In this document: piece after piece, positions 16,301 to 23,447 of the stretch
How the letters are laid out: each line of letters begins with the position of its first letter
Position numbering within the stretch: position 1 is the first letter of the stretch
From: Deltaproteobacteria bacterium
GTDB lineage: Bacteria > Desulfobacterota > GWC2-55-46 > UBA9637
Direction: 5' to 3'
Assembly: GCA_016200645.1 (NCBI GenBank)
Contig: JACQEJ010000096.1
Coordinates: 1 to 48,151, forward strand
DNA: 48,151 bases
Program-made: the position numbers and the translations under genes
Notes under the pieces: generated by a model
Told to the model about the DNA's origin: nothing
The model's database searches: none
Seen by the model: only the letters and a program-made list of their open reading frames with translations

Positions 16301-16624
16301 ATGTCATTAAAGCAATCAGAAAAAAATGCCATTGGGGAGCTAAAGAAGGTTTTAAGTGAAAAATATAGCCTCCTTGATTTTCGCGTATTCGGCTCAAAAG
16401 CAAGGGACGAGGATACTTCCGAATCTGATATAGATATAATGATTGAACTATCTGAATTAAACCCGAGTATTGAGGCTGGTATTGACAAAACCATATTCAA
16501 TATCAATTTACAACACGACTGTTTTATATCCGCAGTGCTTTTCAGCAAGAAGGAGTTGGAAGAAGGTCCGCTTGACCAATCGCCGTTATACAGGGTTATA
16601 GAAAAGGAGGGAGTCTCTCTTTGA
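16301..16624 (+). CDS. Nucleotidyltransferase-domain protein (MNT-type antitoxin)
   Basis: FGSKARDEDTSESDIDIMIE (GS..D.D minimal NTase motif). 107 aa. 4-nt TTGA overlap with the next gene. Confidence 0.85.
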   Translation: MSLKQSEKNAIGELKKVLSEKYSLLDFRVFGSKARDEDTSESDIDIMIELSELNPSIEAGIDKTIFNINLQHDCFISAVLFSKKELEEGPLDQSPLYRVIEKEGVSL

Positions 16625-17031
16625 CCTCCGCAGAAAAAAGGCGCGAACTGGCCATTTATCGCTTGAAACAAGCCTCAGAAACCATTGATGAGGCAAAATA
16701 TCTTTTATCCGGCGGAAAAAGTCCCAGGTCTGTAATAAATAGAGTTTACTATGCAATGTTTTATGCCATCCTTGGCCTGCTGATATTTGAGCCTTACACA
16801 TCATCAAAGCACAGCGGAGTTTTATCCTACTTTAACCGCAGATTTATCAAAAGCGGTCTATTGCCAAATGACATTGGCGAAACCGTGAATATTGCATTTG
16901 AGATGCGCCAAAGAGGGGACTATAGGGAATATGTCGAGCTTACTTATGAACAGGTAGAACCTTTCATAGATAAAGCTGAGGGATTTATCAAGGCCATTCG
17001 GAATTATTTGTCGGAGAGCAAACTGATTTGA
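16621..17031 (+). CDS. HEPN-domain protein (toxin partner of MNT)
   Basis: 136 aa, helical. The only R..H dipeptide (RFIKSGLLPNDIGETVNIAFEMRQRGDYREY region) does not match a clean Rx4-6H motif, so the call rests on the paired position with the NTase gene. TTG start at 16621. Confidence 0.8.
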   Translation: MTSAEKRRELAIYRLKQASETIDEAKYLLSGGKSPRSVINRVYYAMFYAILGLLIFEPYTSSKHSGVLSYFNRRFIKSGLLPNDIGETVNIAFEMRQRGDYREYVELTYEQVEPFIDKAEGFIKAIRNYLSESKLI

Positions 17032-17062
17032 ATAAACGGTCGCTGTCCCTATTTTCTCTCAG

Positions 17063-17179
17063 AGATTTCAGAACACGCTTAAAAGGCTGGAGGAGATGAT
17101 AAAAGACAGCGATGGAGAGGGGCTTCAAAAGGAATTTGAAAAGGCAAAAGGGGTAAGGGATGGGTTGAAGAAGGGGTAG
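17063..17179 (+). pseudogene. Orphan duplicate of the last ~38 codons of tyrA, including the stop
   Basis: Translates to RFQNTLKRLEEMIKDSDGEGLQKEFEKAKGVRDGLKKG*, which parallels the true TyrA C-terminus. No upstream body. Confidence 0.8.
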
Positions 17180-17185
17180 GAGTTG
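17063..17185 (+). repeat. Direct repeat, right copy
   Basis: Matches 16110-16232. Together the two copies bracket only the MNT/HEPN pair. Confidence 0.9.
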
Positions 17186-17201
17186 TTGTAAGAAATCAAT
17201 T

Positions 17202-18152
17202 ATGAAAAAACCGGCAAACAATAAAAAAAAGAAAAAAACATCCAGCCTGCTTAATAAGTCAAGAGGTTGTAGCCCTTCTGAACCGGGTGAATTTTATATA
17301 TCCGAAGCGACAGTCTCTTACGGAAATAACGTCAAAAAGCCCTTCACGGTTTACTATGACAATCCGGAGCCATCTATTAGACTTCTCAAAGGTGATTGCA
17401 TTGAGATTTTAAATCAGGCAAGAGAAAACAGCGTTGATATGATTTTTGCCGATCCGCCGTATTTCCTTTCTAACGGAGGAATTACCTGCCATGCGGGAAA
17501 GATGGTTTCTGTAAACAAGGGGGCGTGGGATAAATCCAAAGGCGTTATAGAAAATCATAAGTTTATCCTTGAGTGGCTGAAAGCGTGCCAGAGGGTTTTA
17601 AAGCCTAACGGCACTATTTGGGTTTCCGGCACGACACATATTATTTACTCCATAGGCTTCGCGATGCAGGAACTTGGCTATAAGATACTTAACGACATTG
17701 TCTGGTATAAGCGCAATGCCCCGCCGAATCTTTCTTGCAGATATTTTACTCACTCCACCGAGATAGTTTTATGGGCAGCAAAGAATCAAAAGAGCAAACA
17801 TTGTTTTAATTATCCATTGATGAAGGAAATGAATCAGGGGAAGCAAATGCGGAATGTTTGGGAAATTTCTGCGCCACAGTCGGAAGAAAAAAAGTTCGGC
17901 AAACACCCTACTCAAAAACCTGTTGATCTTTTAACCAGACTAATACTTGCCTCTACAAAAGAAGGGGATTTGGTTTTAGATCCTTTTTGTGGGAGTTCAA
18001 CAACAGGGGTGGCGGCGATTTCACTGAACAGGAAATATGTGGGAATTGATTTAGAAGAAGATTATCTCAAAGTTTCTGTCAAAAGATTGGAAGAAGCTGC
18101 CGCAAATAAAGAGGCTAAACTGTTTATTGCTGGAAAGGTTGCGGGCTTATGA
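17202..18152 (+). CDS. DNA methyltransferase, beta-class (motif IV before motif I), probably N6-adenine (N4-cytosine not excluded)
   Basis: IFADPPYF (motif IV) lies upstream of LDPFCGSSTTGVAA (motif I). Lys-rich N-terminus; 316 aa. Confidence 0.85.
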   Translation: MKKPANNKKKKKTSSLLNKSRGCSPSEPGEFYISEATVSYGNNVKKPFTVYYDNPEPSIRLLKGDCIEILNQARENSVDMIFADPPYFLSNGGITCHAGKMVSVNKGAWDKSKGVIENHKFILEWLKACQRVLKPNGTIWVSGTTHIIYSIGFAMQELGYKILNDIVWYKRNAPPNLSCRYFTHSTEIVLWAAKNQKSKHCFNYPLMKEMNQGKQMRNVWEISAPQSEEKKFGKHPTQKPVDLLTRLILASTKEGDLVLDPFCGSSTTGVAAISLNRKYVGIDLEEDYLKVSVKRLEEAAANKEAKLFIAGKVAGL

Positions 18153-19498
18153 ATACTTTTAACTCTTTTTTTAAAACATTGTTGGGCAATTCCAATATTT
18201 CATTATCACGAAATTTATCTATTGATGAAATTAGATTTGTTATATCTAAAATTAACGAGTATTTTTATACCAACTATGAAGGTATTGGTCATACAAATAT
18301 TTTAGATGACGATTTTGAGTATTTTTCTGAGTTTCACAAATTTTGGGAAAAGTATCATAAAGAAATATTAAATCCCCAGATCGATGACAGCCAATGCTCG
18401 CTTGTTGCGAATGTTTTGCACGATGTGTTTATCAAATATGGCAGACCGCCTTTTTATGAGTTGTATAATACCCACGCATTAACGGCTGAAGAAATATGCA
18501 AGATAAGATATTTCTCTGCCAATCAGGATTTTAGAGGTTCAAGGGATTTTGAGGATTTGTTTGAAATATATAAAGATGACCCCAGTGTTTTTGATAAGGA
18601 AAATATCAATCAAAATCCAGAGGATTTTTTGAAGAATATTGGGATAACAAGTCTTTCACAGAATGACAAACGTGTTAAGTATGCTATTACTGCGTCCAAA
18701 CTTGTAATTGACAATAAAATAGAGCCTTATGAACTCTTGTCATTTTGTCAAAATGATATTGAAAAGGTAAGAAATCTTTTGATAAGTAATCGCGGTTCTG
18801 GTTTCGGCAATAAGAAGACAGATATGTTTTTGAGAGATATGGTTGTGTTGGGAGTTTGGAGAAAGCCAAAAAACTTTGATAAAATTGATGTTGCCAGTGA
18901 TATAAATACAGTCAAGGTTGCATTAAGAAGCAGGATATTGAAAACAGATATTGTTTTGATTAGTAGTTTTTTGGATATTTTCTGTTATCAATATGGTTTG
19001 ATTGATGATATGAATGCGAAGGCATGGCGGAGGGTATGGGAAATATGGAAAAATAAATATCCAAAGGAATGTATAGAAAGCCCATGCCTAATTGATTATT
19101 TTGCTTACAGAGTGATAGGCAAAGATTTTTGTAAGGAATCGCTATGTATATTTAAGTGTGAATCAGAAAATCATACTTTTAAATGGCATTCAGGAAGAAA
19201 TAAAACTTGCCAAATATGTTTCAAAAATAAGACAAAAAATAAAGCATATGTGCTTAATAAAATATTGCCTTGTACAGATACTCAAGGATATATAGTAATT
19301 GAAAAATCTAATTTTGTTTCCGGTGATAATCCATTATTGCCAAATCTCAAAGAATGTCCTTTTGAAGTTGCATGCAAACCCAAAACTGATATTTTTAAAA
19401 AACTGAACCCACCAAAATCTATAAGTATACTTGGCCAGACTGGATGGGAAAGTGCAAAAACAAGAGGTAATGAAGGTGGCGGTGGCTTAATGTCGTAG
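18149..19498 (+). CDS. Uncharacterised 449-aa protein with an endonuclease-III-like helix-hairpin-helix signature and a Cys-rich C-terminal region
   Basis: ATGA overlap with the methyltransferase stop. LLISNRGSGFGNKKTDMFLRDM..KIDVASDINTVKVALRSRIL resembles HhH-GPD (LPGVGxKTA..VDxHxxRV). Eleven Cys between residues 307 and 409, including CX4CX3C and CX2C. Visibly A+T-rich. Confidence 0.7.
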   Translation: MNTFNSFFKTLLGNSNISLSRNLSIDEIRFVISKINEYFYTNYEGIGHTNILDDDFEYFSEFHKFWEKYHKEILNPQIDDSQCSLVANVLHDVFIKYGRPPFYELYNTHALTAEEICKIRYFSANQDFRGSRDFEDLFEIYKDDPSVFDKENINQNPEDFLKNIGITSLSQNDKRVKYAITASKLVIDNKIEPYELLSFCQNDIEKVRNLLISNRGSGFGNKKTDMFLRDMVVLGVWRKPKNFDKIDVASDINTVKVALRSRILKTDIVLISSFLDIFCYQYGLIDDMNAKAWRRVWEIWKNKYPKECIESPCLIDYFAYRVIGKDFCKESLCIFKCESENHTFKWHSGRNKTCQICFKNKTKNKAYVLNKILPCTDTQGYIVIEKSNFVSGDNPLLPNLKECPFEVACKPKTDIFKKLNPPKSISILGQTGWESAKTRGNEGGGGLMS

Positions 19499-19532
19499 TA
19501 TATAAAACATTCATTTAACTAAGGGAGGATTC

Positions 19533-19694
19533 GTGCCAAAATTTTGTGTAGACTTTGAATTCGCCGGACATGTTGAAGTTGAGGCTGAAAATGAGGAAGA
19601 GGCTAAAAAAATTGTGGAAGGCATGAATCTTGATAAACTTGCAGAGCATGTCCAAAACTTCAATGTCGGCAGACATTATGTTGAGGGAGTATGA
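19533..19694 (+). CDS. Small acidic hypothetical protein (53 aa), GTG start
   Basis: AAGGGAGG at 19521-19528 shortly before the GTG at 19533. Open to the TGA at 19692-19694. Not in the supplied ORF track (below its length cut-off). Confidence 0.4.
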   Translation: MPKFCVDFEFAGHVEVEAENEEEAKKIVEGMNLDKLAEHVQNFNVGRHYVEGV

Positions 19695-19743
19695 TTTTTG
19701 ATTGTTATAGAAAGAAAACTCTAAATAAGACAAAAACCATCTT

Positions 19744-21045
19744 ATGAAATCCATAACCATAAAAAAAGCCCAATCCCTCAGAGGCGAGATAACCGTTCCT
19801 GGCGATAAGAGCATCTCTCACAGGGCGATTATGCTTGGTTCCATTGCTGAAGGGGATACGACAATAAGAGGGCTTTTGAAGGGCGAAGATAATATGGCTA
19901 CCCTCAAGGCCTTCAGGCAGATGGGGGTTCGCATTGATGAGCATGAAAACGGTGTGGTTGCCATTCAGGGCAAGGGGCTTCACGGACTGAAAGAGCCGGA
20001 AGACTTTATAGATGCTGGAAATTCTGGAACCACCATGAGGCTTTTAACAGGGCTGCTTTCAGGCCAGGGGTTTTTTTCTGTCCTCACCGGAGACCAATAT
20101 CTGAGAAAAAGGCCCATGAAAAGGGTTGTTGAGCCATTGAGCCTGATGGGTGCAAGGATATTCGGAAGGGAAAATGGAAATAAGGCGCCTCTTGCTATTG
20201 TCGGCTCAAAACTGAAAGGAATAACTTATAACTCTCCTGTTGCGAGTGCGCAGGTAAAATCCGCCGTTCTCCTTGCGGGTCTATCTGCCGATGGAGTTAC
20301 AACAGTAACTGAGCCGATCATTTCAAGAGACCACACAGAACGAATGCTTGCGTATTTCGGCGCAGAGGTAAAACGTAGCGGAGCAACCGTCAGCATCAAG
20401 GGTGGACAGAAACTTGTAGGCAAGGAGATTGAAGTTCCGGGCGATATTTCCTCTGCCGCATTTTTTATGGTTGCCGCGCTTATCACAAAGGATTCGGAAC
20501 TGCTGATAAAGAATGTCGGCATAAACCCTACCAGAACCGGCGTTGTTGACATATTAAAGGCAATGGGTGGAGATTTGAAAATAGTAAATCAAAGAGAAAT
20601 TTCCGGTGAACCTGTCGGAGATATTCTGGTAAAATCAAGCAAACTCAAAAGCGTGGAGATAAAGGGAGATATAATTCCGAGAGCCATTGATGAATTGCCC
20701 GTTGTTGCTGTTGCCGCTGCATTTGCGGATGGAATTACTGAGATAAGGGATGCAAAGGAACTGCGGGTCAAAGAGAGCGATAGGATAGGAACTATGGCAA
20801 CGCATTTAAAGGAGTTGGGCATACAGGTAACTGAATTTGACGACGGCATGGATATTTTAGGAGGAAGGCCGAAACCGCCGCCGCAAGGGGCTATTTTTAA
20901 CAGCCACGGGGACCACAGGGTGGCTATGTCTATGCTTGTGGCTGGTTTGGCAACAGATAAAGCAGTGCAGGTTTTTGATACCGACTGCATAGATACCTCT
21001 TTCCCTGGTTTTATGGAATTATTGGAAGGTGTTAAAAAGACATGA
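19744..21045 (+). CDS. aroA: 3-phosphoshikimate 1-carboxyvinyltransferase (EPSP synthase)
   Basis: VPGDKSISHRA, GNSGTTMRLL, RVKESDR and DHRVAMS motifs; 433 aa. Confidence 0.95.
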   Translation: MKSITIKKAQSLRGEITVPGDKSISHRAIMLGSIAEGDTTIRGLLKGEDNMATLKAFRQMGVRIDEHENGVVAIQGKGLHGLKEPEDFIDAGNSGTTMRLLTGLLSGQGFFSVLTGDQYLRKRPMKRVVEPLSLMGARIFGRENGNKAPLAIVGSKLKGITYNSPVASAQVKSAVLLAGLSADGVTTVTEPIISRDHTERMLAYFGAEVKRSGATVSIKGGQKLVGKEIEVPGDISSAAFFMVAALITKDSELLIKNVGINPTRTGVVDILKAMGGDLKIVNQREISGEPVGDILVKSSKLKSVEIKGDIIPRAIDELPVVAVAAAFADGITEIRDAKELRVKESDRIGTMATHLKELGIQVTEFDDGMDILGGRPKPPPQGAIFNSHGDHRVAMSMLVAGLATDKAVQVFDTDCIDTSFPGFMELLEGVKKT

Positions 21046-21734
21046 AAAGAGGCCCTGTCATCGCCATAGACGGCCCCGCAGGTTCGGGCAAATCCACATT
21101 GGCAAAACTTCTGGCAAAGGAATTGGGGTTCGCCTATATTGACACCGGCGCCATGTATCGGGCTGTGGCGCTCAAGGCGCATGAGCAGAAGATTGATAGT
21201 GATGATGAGAATGCGTTAAAAGACCTTTGCTCAACGATAAATCTCTATTTTGAAGCAAAAGCCAACGCAAATAAAATATTCATTGACGGCAATGATTATT
21301 CTGAAAAGATAAGAACGCCGTTTGTCAGCCGGCTTTCATCAAAGGTTTCCTCGCAAAAGGCAGTCAGAGACGCAATGGTCAGGCTTCAACGTTTACTTGC
21401 GGCGAAAGGTTCTGTTATAATGGAAGGCAGAGATATTGGCACAGTTGTTTTTCCGGATGCAGATGTCAAGTTTTATATTGATGCCTCTCCGGAGGTTCGC
21501 GGCAGGAGAAGGTATGCGGAACTCAAGGAAAAAGGAGAAAATGTTTCTTTGGATACAATTATTGCAGAGGAGAAGGTGAGGGATCAAAGGGATTCTACCA
21601 GAGAACATGCGCCGTTAAAAAAGGCCGATGATGCGGTATGCATTGATACCAGCAATATGGAGTTGCAAGATGTTTTGGCTAAAATGCTTAAAATTGTTAA
21701 GGAGAAGCTGACAATTGGAAATACTCATTGCTAA
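21042..21734 (+). CDS. cmk: Cytidylate kinase
   Basis: IAIDGPAGSGKST P-loop and GRDIGTVVFPDA motif. Overlaps the aroA stop by 4 nt. Confidence 0.9.
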   Translation: MKRGPVIAIDGPAGSGKSTLAKLLAKELGFAYIDTGAMYRAVALKAHEQKIDSDDENALKDLCSTINLYFEAKANANKIFIDGNDYSEKIRTPFVSRLSSKVSSQKAVRDAMVRLQRLLAAKGSVIMEGRDIGTVVFPDADVKFYIDASPEVRGRRRYAELKEKGENVSLDTIIAEEKVRDQRDSTREHAPLKKADDAVCIDTSNMELQDVLAKMLKIVKEKLTIGNTHC

Positions 21735-22566
21735 ACATGCCGGTTTTTGTTTTGGCGTCAAAAGGGCGATAAATATGGCACAGGATTGCGTTAGAGAGGC
21801 TGCCGGCAATATTTATACACTTGGCCCGATTATCCATAATCCTCAGGTTGTTAAAGAGTTGGAGGAATCTGGCATATCCAAGGCAGACAAAGTTGAAGAA
21901 ATAAATAATGGGACTGTTATAGTGCGCTCTCACGGAGTTACATCACATGAAATAGAGACTATAAAAGAAAAGGGGCTCAAGGTTGTTGATGCAACATGTC
22001 CTTTTGTTAAAAAGACCCATGACTATGTAGAGCTATTAACCAGAGAAGGGTATTCCGTAATTGTTGTGGGGGAAAAAGAGCATCCTGAGGTCAGGGGTAT
22101 TTTGAGTTACGGCGCAAAGGATATAATTGCAGCCGCTTCGGTAGAGGACTTAAAAGCTATGCCGAGAAAGAAAAGAATCGGTATCGTGGCGCAGACAACT
22201 CAATCCATAGAGAACCTTCAAGCGGTAGTCGCCCACTGCCTCAAAAAGGCATCAGAGCTTAAGATATTTAACACAATATGCAATGCGACATCCGTGAGGC
22301 AGCAGGAATCGATAGAGCTTGCAAAACAGGTGGAGTGCATGATTGTGGTCGGCGGCAGGAACAGCGCCAATACCAACCGCCTGGCGGAAATTTGCAGAAA
22401 GATTCAGCCCAAAACCTATCATATAGAGGTGCCGGAGGAATTGAATCAAATACATTTTAGCGGCGCAAAAAATGTTGGCATAACAGCAGGAGCATCTACT
22501 CCGAACTGGATAATAGAAAAGGTGATAGAGGCGATACGGCTTAAAGCCGGCAATGCTTCAGGCTGA
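21715..22566 (+). CDS. ispH: 4-hydroxy-3-methylbut-2-enyl diphosphate reductase
   Basis: AGFCFGVKRAI, CPFV and NTICNAT motifs (the three cluster cysteines); 283 aa. Confidence 0.9.
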   Translation: MEILIAKHAGFCFGVKRAINMAQDCVREAAGNIYTLGPIIHNPQVVKELEESGISKADKVEEINNGTVIVRSHGVTSHEIETIKEKGLKVVDATCPFVKKTHDYVELLTREGYSVIVVGEKEHPEVRGILSYGAKDIIAAASVEDLKAMPRKKRIGIVAQTTQSIENLQAVVAHCLKKASELKIFNTICNATSVRQQESIELAKQVECMIVVGGRNSANTNRLAEICRKIQPKTYHIEVPEELNQIHFSGAKNVGITAGASTPNWIIEKVIEAIRLKAGNASG

Positions 22567-22637
22567 GTTGAATAATCTCTGCGGTGTGCTACTGGGATTT
22601 CTCCGTTCAATCAACGACCAATGCTGCCAATCAAGTA

Positions 22638-22714
22638 TGGTCGGGGCGGCGGGATTCGAACCCACGGCCACTTGCACCCCATGCAAGTGCGCTACCAGAC
22701 TGCGCTACGCCCCG
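22638..22714 (-). tRNA. tRNA-Pro (anticodon GGG)
   Basis: Cloverleaf folded by hand: CGGGGCG acceptor, GCGC D stem, CTTGC/GCAAG anticodon stem with loop ATGGGGT, GTGGG-TTCGAAT-CCCGC T arm, encoded CCA; 77 nt. Confidence 0.9.
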
Positions 22715-22728
22715 AATTGCTGCAAACT

Positions 22729-23127
22729 TTAGACCGTAGACTTCAGACTGGTGTCTGATGTCTCGTGTCTATCACCGGTTAAAATCTTTTTTATAGAATA
22801 TAACTCTTCTTTTATTATCTTCAACGCGCGCATAACCTTTGGATCGGGAAATTTTATATTCAACTGCATATTATTTCTTTCCCTCTGCCACTGTTTTATT
22901 TTAGCCTTTGCCCCGGGAAGCGTGTATCTTTCATCATATAAAAGTCTTTTTATTTCCAGAATAAGCTCTATGTCACCTTTTCTGTAAACCCGCTGGTTTG
23001 CTCTCGATTTATGCGGGTTAATTATCTTGAATTCCGTTTCCCAATACCTCAGGACATAAGGCTTCACACCGGTTATCCTGCCAACCTCGCCTATCTTGAA
23101 GTAAAGCTTATCAGGGATAGTAGCCAT
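22729..23127 (-). CDS. MerR-family transcriptional regulator
   Basis: N-terminal winged [28 protein letters not shown]; 132 aa. Lies downstream of ihfA, as in many pheST-ihfA clusters. Confidence 0.85.
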   Translation of the reverse strand: MATIPDKLYFKIGEVGRITGVKPYVLRYWETEFKIINPHKSRANQRVYRKGDIELILEIKRLLYDERYTLPGAKAKIKQWQRERNNMQLNIKFPDPKVMRALKIIKEELYSIKKILTGDRHETSDTSLKSTV

Positions 23128-23133
23128 AAATAC

Positions 23134-23172
23134 AGTAGAAAGTAGAAGGTAGAAGGTAGAAGACTGTCTACT
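23134..23172. repeat. Intergenic GTAGAAG heptamer tract
   Basis: cagtagaaagtagaaggtagaaggtagaagactgtctact. Same word as 14181-14291. Confidence 0.85.
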
Positions 23173-23447
23173 TATTTGTTCACCGAATCTTTTAATATCT
23201 GACTGGCTTTAAATGTTAAAACCCTTCTTGCTGTTATTGTCAGGTCATTCCCTGTTTGCGGATTTCTTCCCCTCCTTGCCCTCTTTTGCCGTGCCATGAA
23301 ATTTCCAAAACCGGATATTTTGACATTCTCTCCTTGTTCAAGGGACTTTTTTATGGACTCAAATACAAGTTCCACTACATCTGTCACATCTTTTTTGGAG
23401 AAGCCGACTTTTTCAAAGATATTCTCTACAATGTCCGCCTTAGTCAT
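23172..23447 (-). CDS. ihfA: Integration host factor alpha subunit / HU-family DNA-binding protein
   Basis: MTKADIVE..GFGNFMARQKRARRGRNPQTG, the typical IHF-alpha arm; 91 aa. Confidence 0.85.
   Translation of the reverse strand: MTKADIVENIFEKVGFSKKDVTDVVELVFESIKKSLEQGENVKISGFGNFMARQKRARRGRNPQTGNDLTITARRVLTFKASQILKDSVNK

Noticed and set aside
16227-19743. Integrase, transposase or other mobility gene responsible for the tyrA-aroA islet.
   Set aside because: All ORFs of 60 aa or more in the islet are accounted for (NTase, HEPN, MTase, 449-aa protein) and none shows recombinase motifs. The mobility mechanism remains unexplained rather than annotated.
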